Positions 9,348 through 17,989 of a stretch of 64,000 nt of DNA are shown in pieces. A model generated the notes under the pieces. That model was not told the origin of the DNA, searched no databases, and worked only from the letters and a program-made list of their open reading frames with translations. Origin of the DNA: a virus. Taxonomy: Duplodnaviria > Caudoviricetes. The first letter of the stretch is position 1. Every line of letters begins with the position of its first letter. Both the position numbers and the translations under genes were made by a program. The stretch lies in the IMG/VR virus record IMGVR_UViG_2061766007_000924, positions 1-64,000 of that record; one strand, given 5' to 3'.

Positions 9348-11549
9348 ATGAAGGGGAGTGACAGCTTGTACAAGAAACAGAATATAGTGGACTTCTCAAA
9401 ATTCGTTGACGGAAACGCGAAGTTCATTGAAAAGACAACAGGCAAATCTGTCAGGCCGAGGAACAAGGCGTACAATCAGGATGGATTTGTAAATCTGCTT
9501 ACGAATTATGGCACAAGCCGTGACTCGTCAGAGCATTATTTCTTCGAGTCGGAAGATCCTATTATGGACGATGAGCTGGAGAGGTTCTATGAGGGGAACG
9601 GGCTGTTCTCCAGAATCATTGACTTGCCAGCAGAAGAGGCCATAAAGCACGGGTTTGAGATAAAGGATCTTGCGGACGGCGAGACGAAGGACTTCTTCGA
9701 TGACTCTATGGATGAGCTTGAGTGGGACGAGAAGTTCATGACTGCGCTCAAGTGGGCGAGGCTTTTTGGCGGTTCAATCGGCGTAATGCTGATAAATGAC
9801 GGAAGGGGTCTGGAAGATCCGCTTGACTGGGATCATATCAAGTCAATTGATGACATTCAGGTTTACGACAGGTCGCTTGTTGTGCCGAATTATGCGTCAA
9901 TGTACAAGTATGAGGGCGAAGATCCTTCGAGGTCGAGGGGAAGCAGACTTGGCGTTCCTGAGAATTTCATGGTAACAAGCAAGTACGGTACTTTCACTGT
10001 TCACGAAAGCAGGTGCTTGATTTTCCAGAACGGCGTTCTTCCTGAAAGATGCACCAACGAGATTTACCAGATGTGGGGCATTCCTGAGTATATCAGGATT
10101 CACAGGGCAATCAAAGACGTAGAGGTTGCTCACGGCATGGCTCCGAAGATGCTGGACAGGTCGGTACAGGCTATCTACAAGATGCAGAATTTGGCGCTTG
10201 AGATGTCAACGGATCAGGGCGAAGAGAACATCTTGAAGAGGTTGCAGCTGATTGACCTTGCGAGAGGGCTTATGAACAGCATTGTCCTTGACGCTGAGGG
10301 TGAAGACTATGATTTCAAGTCTTTCACATTCACGGGCGTTTCGGATGTTATCAACACAACATGCAATTATCTGTCTGCGATTACGAACATACCGCAGACA
10401 GTTCTTTTTGGTCGTGCTCCGGCTGGTATGAATGCCACTGGTGACGGCGACATGGAGAACTACTACAACTATGTAGAGAGAATCCAGAAGCGCATGGTTA
10501 AGAAGAATCTGCGCTATTTGCTTGAAATTCTTGCGAAAGCAGGAGTCAGGAACAAAGAGATCAAGGGACATCCGCCGATCAAGATAGAGTTTAGTTCTCT
10601 TTGGTCTATGACAGAGCAGGAGAAAGTTGCGCTGGATCTGCAAAAGGCGCAGGTTGCTCAGACAAATGCCAATACAGCGAATGTCTATGTCCAGATGCAA
10701 GCGCTTGACCCGCAGGAAGTCAGGGATCAGCTTGCAAAGGATGGAGACTTTGAGATTGACACAATGCTGGATGACTACACCGATGAGGAGCTTGAGGAAA
10801 ACAATCCTGCCAACAAGCAGCAGCAAGACCAGATGGCTGCGATGATGGGCATGATGGGTGGAGGCGCACCCGGAGGCGGAGCGCCAGAAGGTGGAGCACA
10901 GAGCGGAAATCCAATGATGCCTCCAGAGGCGCAAGAAGGGGCTCAGGAAGCGCCGAAGCCTCAGATGGGTAATTTGCCGTCTGATGGCGGAAAAGACGTT
11001 CCTGATGAAAATCCGAAAGCTACAAGTGCAGAAGAAAAGAAAACTGAGAAGACAGTCGAAGAAGACGCTGACGATGTGAAGCCTCACATGCTTGGCGGAG
11101 TTGGAGTCATTGTTGTAAAGGACGGAAAGATTCTGACTGCTACGAGGATTAAAGGCAAAGGCACCGGACTCATTGGTGGGCCGGGAGGCCACATTGAGGA
11201 AGGTGAGACTCCGAAAGAAGCTGCTGTAAGAGAGACTTTGGAAGAGTTCAAAATCATTCCGAAGGATCTTGTGAGAATCGGCAGCAAGCTTGAGACGGGC
11301 ACAGGAATCAAAGTCGGCGGCGATAATGCAGAGCACTTGAGAAGCACCGTGTTCCTTTGCACCGAGTTCGAGGGAGAGCCAGAGTGTGACAATTATGAAA
11401 TGGCTATTCCCGTTTGGAGAGACTTGGATGAGCTCAGGCTTATGGATGACAGAATGTTCAAACCTTTCAAAGATGGGTTGAAGATGCTGAAAAATAAGGT
11501 CGCCAGAGGAATCATGGAAAACAAAAACTCTTGGGATGGAAAGTCCTGA
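9348..11549 (+). CDS. Portal protein (DUF1073-type) fused to a C-terminal Nudix hydrolase (alternative start TTG 9366)
   Basis: DGFVN, WARLFGGS, VHESR, IPQTVLFGRAPAGMNATGDGDMENYY portal motifs; low-complexity linker; Nudix box GGHIEEGETPKEAAVRETLEE. Confidence 0.9.
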   Translation: MKGSDSLYKKQNIVDFSKFVDGNAKFIEKTTGKSVRPRNKAYNQDGFVNLLTNYGTSRDSSEHYFFESEDPIMDDELERFYEGNGLFSRIIDLPAEEAIKHGFEIKDLADGETKDFFDDSMDELEWDEKFMTALKWARLFGGSIGVMLINDGRGLEDPLDWDHIKSIDDIQVYDRSLVVPNYASMYKYEGEDPSRSRGSRLGVPENFMVTSKYGTFTVHESRCLIFQNGVLPERCTNEIYQMWGIPEYIRIHRAIKDVEVAHGMAPKMLDRSVQAIYKMQNLALEMSTDQGEENILKRLQLIDLARGLMNSIVLDAEGEDYDFKSFTFTGVSDVINTTCNYLSAITNIPQTVLFGRAPAGMNATGDGDMENYYNYVERIQKRMVKKNLRYLLEILAKAGVRNKEIKGHPPIKIEFSSLWSMTEQEKVALDLQKAQVAQTNANTANVYVQMQALDPQEVRDQLAKDGDFEIDTMLDDYTDEELEENNPANKQQQDQMAAMMGMMGGGAPGGGAPEGGAQSGNPMMPPEAQEGAQEAPKPQMGNLPSDGGKDVPDENPKATSAEEKKTEKTVEEDADDVKPHMLGGVGVIVVKDGKILTATRIKGKGTGLIGGPGGHIEEGETPKEAAVRETLEEFKIIPKDLVRIGSKLETGTGIKVGGDNAEHLRSTVFLCTEFEGEPECDNYEMAIPVWRDLDELRLMDDRMFKPFKDGLKMLKNKVARGIMENKNSWDGKS

Positions 11550-11566
11550 GACTATGAGGTGACAGT

Positions 11567-12805
11567 ATGGACAAAGCTGTTGAAAAATTCAGAAAGCGCA
11601 GACAGGAAAGACTTGATGCGAAAAACGGAGCTAAGGAAGTCGAGTACGATAGCGTGGCTGAGTTCAGAAAACGTAGAGAAGAACGTCTCAATTCCAGAAT
11701 GGATGCTGGAGTAGGCTGGGTTTTTGGCGTTCTGAAAGAAAACGGCGTTGACACTCAGGGTATGAGTGTAAAAGAGGCTTTTGAGGCGCTTGGCAAGATT
11801 AACGGTGGTGGGAAAAATGGAAAGAGTGAAGCTGCTGCCAAAGAAAAGAACAATTCGCCAAAGAATGAACCGACAAACAGCAAAAAGTCTTCAAGTGGCG
11901 GAGAGGTAAAAGGCAGTTCCTACACCAACCGATATAAGACAAGTGGTGGAGTCAGCTATCCGAAGCTCAAGAAGGGTGCTGTGTATGATGAAGATACGTT
12001 GAAGGAAGTCAATAGGCTTGCGGATAGCACAGAAAGCAACAGGCCACCTAAAACAAGAGCACAAGAAAAAGCCCTCAAGTCGATGACAAGCAAAGATATA
12101 ACGTATCAGAAAGATCCTGATGGGACTGTTGTGGGATCTATTCCCGGACTGTCCCAGATGTATGATACAAAAGTTAAAGGGAAAAGTCAGGCTGTTCAGG
12201 ATGCGTATGATAAGAGAATCGAGCAGGGCAGACAGATCACTAAGGACATGGTTAGCATTAGTGACAAGCTTGGCTCACGCATGATGGGGCTTGAAAACTG
12301 CTTCAAGGGCGGAGAGAGCACTTCAAGAAAGATAGATAAAGTAAAAGACAAGTGGAAGCAGAAGGGCGAGGATCTGACTGATGAGCAAGCGCTTGCCAGA
12401 ATGGACGATGTTGTCCGATTCTCATACAAATGTGACCACGGTAAAATGGTAGAACAGATCAAGGGACTTGAGTCAGAACTTGAGAAAAACGGATATGAGA
12501 TAACAGAGCGTGATAACAAGTTCCTGCCTAAAGAGGATGGAACGCCGAGAGATTATAAGGCCGTTCATTTGCAGGTCAAAGCTCCGAGCGGAGAACTGTT
12601 TGAGGTGCAGGTGCAGTCGGAAGAAACGATCAAGGTAAAGAACAAGAATCACTCACTCTATGAGAGGTCAAGGGTTCTGGATGATAAAGATCCGAAACAG
12701 GCCGCTGAGAAAACAAAACTGGTAAACGATATGGTAAATAACTGGTCTGGGATGGCAGAGCCTGACGGAATTTTAGATCTGCCAACATTCAAGAAAAAGA
12801 AGTAG
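11567..12805 (+). CDS. Effector 3: double leader + RelA/SpoT-type small alarmone synthetase (toxSAS/Apk2-like)
   Basis: FRKRRQERLDA and FRKRREERL..RMDA; synthetase motifs K..ES..RKI, DDVVRFS, DYKAVHLQ, FEVQVQS. Confidence 0.85.
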   Translation: MDKAVEKFRKRRQERLDAKNGAKEVEYDSVAEFRKRREERLNSRMDAGVGWVFGVLKENGVDTQGMSVKEAFEALGKINGGGKNGKSEAAAKEKNNSPKNEPTNSKKSSSGGEVKGSSYTNRYKTSGGVSYPKLKKGAVYDEDTLKEVNRLADSTESNRPPKTRAQEKALKSMTSKDITYQKDPDGTVVGSIPGLSQMYDTKVKGKSQAVQDAYDKRIEQGRQITKDMVSISDKLGSRMMGLENCFKGGESTSRKIDKVKDKWKQKGEDLTDEQALARMDDVVRFSYKCDHGKMVEQIKGLESELEKNGYEITERDNKFLPKEDGTPRDYKAVHLQVKAPSGELFEVQVQSEETIKVKNKNHSLYERSRVLDDKDPKQAAEKTKLVNDMVNNWSGMAEPDGILDLPTFKKKK

Positions 12806-12821
12806 GATGTTGCAGAAACGG

Positions 12822-12850
12822 TTGACAAAAATATATGACAGCGGTAAAAT
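12822..12850 (+). promoter_or_regulatory. SigmaA-type promoter for the 12869 gene
   Basis: TTGACA-17nt-TAAAAT. Confidence 0.8.
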
Positions 12851-12868
12851 ATACACGGGGGTGAGTAG

Positions 12869-13156
12869 ATGAAGAAATACGCATATTTCAGGGACGGGCT
12901 TCTGCCTGATTATATTGTTCGTGAGACGATAGACGGCAAAGAAGCAATTGCCGAGGCTTGGGATTACAAGAACAAGCGGTGGGTTCCAGATGCTGCTGCA
13001 TGGGAGACTATCGAAGATGGTCAAGGAAACTGGGCTCTTGATGCTGACTATGTTGACGAGTACATTCAGAAGATGATTGAGCGTTTTCCTGATGTGGAAG
13101 AGCGTGAACTGAAAGTCAAGGAGGATGGCGCAAAGCGCAAATATCCTTGGTGGTAG
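12869..13156 (+). CDS. Candidate immunity protein for the alarmone synthetase (IapK-like position)
   Basis: 95 aa, Trp-rich, between the SAS and the HD hydrolase, with its own promoter. Confidence 0.6.
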   Translation: MKKYAYFRDGLLPDYIVRETIDGKEAIAEAWDYKNKRWVPDAAAWETIEDGQGNWALDADYVDEYIQKMIERFPDVEERELKVKEDGAKRKYPWW

Positions 13157-13191
13157 AAAGCAATTCAGACTGCTAAATGTTGCAGAAACGG

Positions 13192-13220
13192 TTGACACAA
13201 ATTCACTTCTGCGGTAAAAT
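13192..13220 (+). promoter_or_regulatory. SigmaA-type promoter for the HD hydrolase; duplicate of the 12822 promoter
   Basis: TTGACA-17nt-TAAAAT; shares ATGTTGCAGAAACGGTTGACA and GCGGTAAAATA with 12808-12851. Confidence 0.8.
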
Positions 13221-13244
13221 AACTGCGGAAGGGAAGTGGTTAGC

Positions 13245-13667
13245 ATGAATGAGCTGCTGAAAAAGGCAGAGGAGTTTGCTGCTCTGATGCACAGCGGACA
13301 GGTTGATCGTGGAGGATCACCTTACATTGAACACCCTCGCGCTGTGGCTGCAAAGGTGGACGGAGAGACTGAGAAGATTGTAGCTTGGCTGCATGACACG
13401 GTTGAGGACACGGATGCGACTATAGAGCAGATCGAGGACATGTTCGGTGCTGAGGTTGCTGGAGCTGTAGCATTGCTCACGCATGACAAAAGTGAGCCGT
13501 ACATGGATTACGTCAGAAAACTAAAGGGCAATGAGATTGCTCGTAAGGTCAAGATGGCGGATCTGAGTCACAACATGGACGTTTCCAGACTGCCAATAAT
13601 CACGGATGCAGACTGGTGCAGAGTCAAGAAATACAAGAAAGCTTATGATCTTCTGAGTGAAGATTGA
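13245..13667 (+). CDS. HD-domain small alarmone hydrolase (Mesh1/Aph1-like)
   Basis: HSGQVDRGGSPYIEHP, WLHDTVEDT, KVKMADLSHN. Confidence 0.9.
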   Translation: MNELLKKAEEFAALMHSGQVDRGGSPYIEHPRAVAAKVDGETEKIVAWLHDTVEDTDATIEQIEDMFGAEVAGAVALLTHDKSEPYMDYVRKLKGNEIARKVKMADLSHNMDVSRLPIITDADWCRVKKYKKAYDLLSED

Positions 13668-13686
13668 ATCGCAGAGGTGATAGTCA

Positions 13687-14487
13687 TTGGATGACCGCAT
13701 TTCAACATGTGCAGATAAAATCATAAACATATGCAATGAGTTGAAGGTGCTGTTATCCAATGACGGCACCTTCGATGCTTACAAGCAGAAATTGCTTGGC
13801 AAGCTGCAAAGGGCTTCTCTTAAAATCGGAGAAATCGACTTTAGGGAAGATGCGTCAATTGATCTGAGCAAGTTTGCTGGGGGAAGGTGGGTAACCACTG
13901 ATGACGGCAACAAGATCTTTGTGGACAAGGACGGGAATCCTATAGCTGGGAATCCATTTGTTCTTCAAGCGATTTCTGGAGCTGCTGACAAGAAAGCAGA
14001 CAGGGAAGCAGCAATAAAGAAATATCCTCGCAAGAACGAGATGGTTTGTGAGGACAAGGTTGAGTATAAAAACCACGGAGCAATAACAAAAGACAGTGTT
14101 GGCAGAACGGTTACGCACTTCAATCATGATGAGGACACAATGAAAATCACTCGTCAGGTGAAGGTTGAAGATGCGCTTGGTAAACAGTATAAGATTTGCC
14201 GTGAGCCTATAGAGCACTTGACTGTGTTTGCTGCGAAAGACGTTGGCAGAGGGCTTGATGTTGCCGAGAAAATTGCGGAGCAGTCAGGCGGTTCAGTGGA
14301 TTCGTGGAAGCACGTAAAAGGAATAGGGACTGTCGTAGACAATGAAGGGAACAAGAGAAAAGCGGATCTTCACTGGTTTGAAAGTCCTGAGACTGGGCAA
14401 GTTGGCTGGAAGATCAAGCAGTTCTTGGATGATATGAGTGAGGAAGACAAGTATTGGATTGAGGGGGACGATAAGAATGGAAAATAA
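13687..14487 (+). CDS. Effector 4: REDA site + adaptor B + uncharacterised toxin-like C-terminal domain
   Basis: GRWVTTDDGNKIFVDKDG..GNP; C-terminus VFAAK...WKHVKG...ADLHWFE..G..GWKIK, a domain I recognise from phage head-gene extensions. Confidence 0.6.
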   Translation: MDDRISTCADKIINICNELKVLLSNDGTFDAYKQKLLGKLQRASLKIGEIDFREDASIDLSKFAGGRWVTTDDGNKIFVDKDGNPIAGNPFVLQAISGAADKKADREAAIKKYPRKNEMVCEDKVEYKNHGAITKDSVGRTVTHFNHDEDTMKITRQVKVEDALGKQYKICREPIEHLTVFAAKDVGRGLDVAEKIAEQSGGSVDSWKHVKGIGTVVDNEGNKRKADLHWFESPETGQVGWKIKQFLDDMSEEDKYWIEGDDKNGK

Positions 14488-14656
14488 GGAAGTCATGGTA
14501 AAATACATTGGGAGAGGCGATCCTTTGTATTGCCTCAAGGGGAAGGTATACAAGAAAGTTGGCGAGTCACACGGGCTGTGGAGAATCATAGATGAGTCTG
14601 GAGAAGATTATCTGTATGCTCCAGAGCTGTTTGAGATTGTGAAAGAAGACAAGTAA
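14477..14656 (+). CDS. Candidate immunity protein for effector 4
   Basis: 59 aa, overlaps the effector 4 stop; VKYIG...GKVY...RIIDESGEDYLY motif. Confidence 0.65.
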   Translation: MENKEVMVKYIGRGDPLYCLKGKVYKKVGESHGLWRIIDESGEDYLYAPELFEIVKEDK

Positions 14657-14691
14657 AACGGCGTTCATGAAACGCCTTGGGGGTGTTTCTT

Positions 14692-16152
14692 ATGGACAAT
14701 GCCGTTATTGAATATAAGAAAAGAAGACAGAAGAGGCTTGATGCCAAGGCGGTAGAACAGTACAGGATCAGGCGAGAAGCAAGGCTTCACGGCAGAATGG
14801 ATGCCGATGGAGACGAAGAAAACAATGGAGGCGGCAAGAGAGGCCACGGTAATACAAGGCTTCCGTTTGGACTGTGCCAAAGGTTTGGGATTCAGATAGG
14901 TAAAGATTGGGGGCCGTCCGAAGCATGGGATGCGCTTGCAGATAAAGGAATTACACCGAAGGGCGCATTCGACAGGCTAAAGCGAGGGTACGATCCCGGA
15001 GACCCCGGCAGTGATGAGGAATTTGTGGATATCAGCTCGTTGGCGGCGATTACAAAGAAAGCGTTCACAGCAGAATCCGCGACTGAGTATCTGAAAAATA
15101 TAAAAGAAAGAGAACAGAAAAGAAAAGAAGAAGAGAAAAGAATACAGGATGAACTATGGGCAACAAAAAGTGTGAGGGATAACGCATTATTAGATTATAA
15201 GAATACGCAAAAATCAATAGATAATTTCAGAAAAATGCTGGAAGATGACTCAATTGATGATATCACAAGGCTTAGATGTAGCAGGGCAATTGAAAAATAC
15301 AAAACATGGCAAAAGAATTTATCGGAACAAGTTGATAAATATACAAAGACAGAAAAAGAGCTACAGGAAAAGCTTGAGGGGCTGAAATCTGGATTCAAGG
15401 ATTACGAAAAAGAGAGGATCAAGGAAGCGATAGAGGCTAAGTATCCGTCTTGGGACAACTGCAACACAAGTCAGGAAGTGTTAGAAAGAGCAGATGCACT
15501 TGCGCTGGCGGATTCAAAATATGGGCGTGTAGCCGCCGCTGTTAAATCAGCAGAGAAACATAATGTAAAATACTTCAAGCCAGAGAAGACGGCAACGAAG
15601 TTGAGCGATGATGAGATCATTCAGAGCCTTGGCGGCGGAGACATGACAAAAGGTTCTTGCGCTTCGCTGTGTATGGCCTACATAGCGAAAAAGATGGGCT
15701 ATGATGTCAATGATTTCCGAGGAGGATCTTCACAGAGCACGTTTTCCCATGAGTGCAGGAGTCTCATGAAGGGAGTAGGCGCTGAGGAAGAGACGAATCG
15801 AGACGGCTACAAATCAGCTCATGCAACGCTTGACAAGATGGTCGAGGGCAAAGAATACTGGTTTGAGTGCGGACGGCATGCGGCAATTGTAAGGAAAACC
15901 GAAAAAGGGTATGAATATCTGGAACTGCAAAGCAGTTCTAACAACGGCTGGTTTCCGCTTACAGATAGGACACTCAAGAATAGATTCGCTCTTCACAGGA
16001 CGAGGAGCCATGCTGGAATAAGATTTGACATATCTTCGTCTATTGTAGACATTGAAAAGGCTATGAACGACCCGGCTTTTCAGGCGGTGTTTGGGTTTAT
16101 CAATACAGCAGAGGGAGAACGGAAGATGGGGAGGAGTGGCTATGCGAAGTGA
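14692..16152 (+). CDS. Effector 5: double leader + adaptor A + coiled coil + papain-like cysteine peptidase domain
   Basis: YKKRRQKRLDA, YRIRREARL..RMDA, HGNTRLPFGLC; GGGDMTKGSCASL (Cys) ... GRHAAIVRK (His) ... YLELQS. Confidence 0.7.
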   Translation: MDNAVIEYKKRRQKRLDAKAVEQYRIRREARLHGRMDADGDEENNGGGKRGHGNTRLPFGLCQRFGIQIGKDWGPSEAWDALADKGITPKGAFDRLKRGYDPGDPGSDEEFVDISSLAAITKKAFTAESATEYLKNIKEREQKRKEEEKRIQDELWATKSVRDNALLDYKNTQKSIDNFRKMLEDDSIDDITRLRCSRAIEKYKTWQKNLSEQVDKYTKTEKELQEKLEGLKSGFKDYEKERIKEAIEAKYPSWDNCNTSQEVLERADALALADSKYGRVAAAVKSAEKHNVKYFKPEKTATKLSDDEIIQSLGGGDMTKGSCASLCMAYIAKKMGYDVNDFRGGSSQSTFSHECRSLMKGVGAEEETNRDGYKSAHATLDKMVEGKEYWFECGRHAAIVRKTEKGYEYLELQSSSNNGWFPLTDRTLKNRFALHRTRSHAGIRFDISSSIVDIEKAMNDPAFQAVFGFINTAEGERKMGRSGYAK

Positions 16153-16378
16153 GTTTTATAAGGAGAAATCAGGGGACAAAGTCTGGTGGTTAGATAACGA
16201 CAGCATAGGTGAGTTCGTTTTTAGCTTTGACAGGAAGAAGACATACAACTTGTTTCAGGACTATCCGCACAAACTGAGTGTGGAAGAGTGGAAGACATTC
16301 AACAGAGAGAATCCTTATTGGGAAAACTTTTTCAAGGACAGAAACGAAAAATACAAGAAAAAGCACGATATTGATTGA
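16142..16378 (+). CDS. Candidate immunity protein for effector 5
   Basis: 78 aa, overlaps the stop; FYK..DKVWW...FSFD.K..YNLF.DYP...ENPYW..FF.DR. Confidence 0.65.
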   Translation: MRSEFYKEKSGDKVWWLDNDSIGEFVFSFDRKKTYNLFQDYPHKLSVEEWKTFNRENPYWENFFKDRNEKYKKKHDID

Positions 16379-16384
16379 AACGGA

Positions 16385-17677
16385 GTGATTCTGTTGGACG
16401 GTGCGAGAAGACAAAAGCGAATGGATGATAAGGCCGTTCAACTCTATAAAATGCGCAGGGATGAGCGACTTTTGCGCAGGTATGATGCAGAAGAGGAAGA
16501 GGGCAACAATGGAGGGGGGAACGGCGGAGGTCATGGAAACACAAAAATCCCGTTCGGATTATGCCAAAGAGAGGGCATAAAAGTAGACCCGAACTGGACA
16601 CCGAGGGACGCTTGGGATGCGTTGGCTGGTAAGGGCTACAGTGCAGGAGATGTCTACAAAGAGCTCAAAGAGACCGGAAAAGTTGGCAAGAAGAGCTCCA
16701 CCAAGACGAAGAAACCACCAACGAGAATAGAGGAAAGCCATTTTCAGCCGGAATTTACATCAAAGACATACAGAAAAAACACAATGGTTTTCGCTGACTA
16801 TATAAGCGACCATTGTGACGATGGAAACATAACCGAGTTTCTTGGCGCAGGTGCAGCTGGAGGGAAAAAGCCGTCAAAGTTCAAAGTCACGAGACTGTCA
16901 GGAGCAGACGGGGCTTGCGTAACTTATACACGGGATCTGGACGATATTGAGATTCGTATTCCGAATTTTGCTTCTATAAAAGACGAGAGGACAAGGGCTC
17001 AAGCAATAAGGACATTTGCTCATGAGTATACGCATTACCTTGACATGCTTGCCAGAGGTGAGCACGGGGATCATTTTACCGGGGCAAATTCAAAGATAGC
17101 TGATGAGCTGGAAAAGGCAAAAAGCAAGGGGATCGGAGAAGAAGTCTCAAATGTCTTCAAAGAGTACAATAAAGGCTACGAGAAGCTCAAGAATGACTAC
17201 GATGCCAAGGTAAAGACGTTCGACCGAGATTTTGCCAAGCAAAAGTTTGGTGACAATTTCCCGGAGTGGCTGAAAGAGGACGGAACGTGGAATTATTCCC
17301 TTGGGTGGAGAGCTTGGCAAGCGCATCAACCGGAAATGAAGAAATACAGCTCGGAGAGGAAAAAGGCGGCTAAAAAAATGGCTACTGATAGTTCTTTCGA
17401 GAGACGGGCGTATATGGACGGCGCAACAAGCTTGCAGGGGATATACGATTCGATTCATGGCGGAGAGCTGAGAGACCAAAAGGTTGTAAAGTACGGACAT
17501 TCACTTGGTTATTTCAAGAGAGACAAGGAAAACAGAGCGGTAGAGGTCATAGCTGACTATGTGGCTTTAAGGGCAACTAACTCAAAGTATGCAGATATGT
17601 TCGCGAAGGATCATCCGGGGCTTGCCGCTGCACTGGATGAGGCCATAGTAGAGATGACTAAGGTTTTGAGGGGGTAA
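16385..17677 (+). CDS. Effector 6: leader + adaptor A + HExxH zinc metallopeptidase domain
   Basis: YKMRRDERL..RYDA, HGNTKIPFGLC; FAHEYTHYLD; YGHSLGYF...EVIAD. Confidence 0.75.
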   Translation: MILLDGARRQKRMDDKAVQLYKMRRDERLLRRYDAEEEEGNNGGGNGGGHGNTKIPFGLCQREGIKVDPNWTPRDAWDALAGKGYSAGDVYKELKETGKVGKKSSTKTKKPPTRIEESHFQPEFTSKTYRKNTMVFADYISDHCDDGNITEFLGAGAAGGKKPSKFKVTRLSGADGACVTYTRDLDDIEIRIPNFASIKDERTRAQAIRTFAHEYTHYLDMLARGEHGDHFTGANSKIADELEKAKSKGIGEEVSNVFKEYNKGYEKLKNDYDAKVKTFDRDFAKQKFGDNFPEWLKEDGTWNYSLGWRAWQAHQPEMKKYSSERKKAAKKMATDSSFERRAYMDGATSLQGIYDSIHGGELRDQKVVKYGHSLGYFKRDKENRAVEVIADYVALRATNSKYADMFAKDHPGLAAALDEAIVEMTKVLRG

Positions 17678-17681
17678 AAGT

Positions 17682-17930
17682 ATGGATGAGAGCATGAGAA
17701 AGTTTTTCGAGAATGACAGGCTGTATATGGAAGTGATGCGGCTGTATGGAGAATGCGATGATGAGGGCGTGATGAGGTATTTTGACGCAGACAGTGAAAA
17801 GAACCTTAGAAAAAAGATCAAAGTGCTCAAGAAACTGAATGATGGGGTGTCTCCAGAGGAAATTGGAGCTGACTATTACGAGATTCTTGAGAATCTGCCT
17901 GACGGAGACAAAAACAGGGGCAGTTGGTAA
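17682..17930 (+). CDS. Candidate immunity protein for effector 6
   Basis: 82-aa acidic ORF 4 nt after the effector stop, followed by a terminator. Confidence 0.6.
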   Translation: MDESMRKFFENDRLYMEVMRLYGECDDEGVMRYFDADSEKNLRKKIKVLKKLNDGVSPEEIGADYYEILENLPDGDKNRGSW

Positions 17931-17938
17931 CGAATAAC

Positions 17939-17970
17939 AAGAGCGTTCTACTTAGGTAGGGCGCTCTTTT
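17939..17970 (+). terminator. Intrinsic terminator
   Basis: AAGAGCGTTCTAC-TTAG-GTAGGGCGCTCTTTT. Confidence 0.7.
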
Positions 17971-17989
17971 CATTTGCGGAGGTTGTTTA

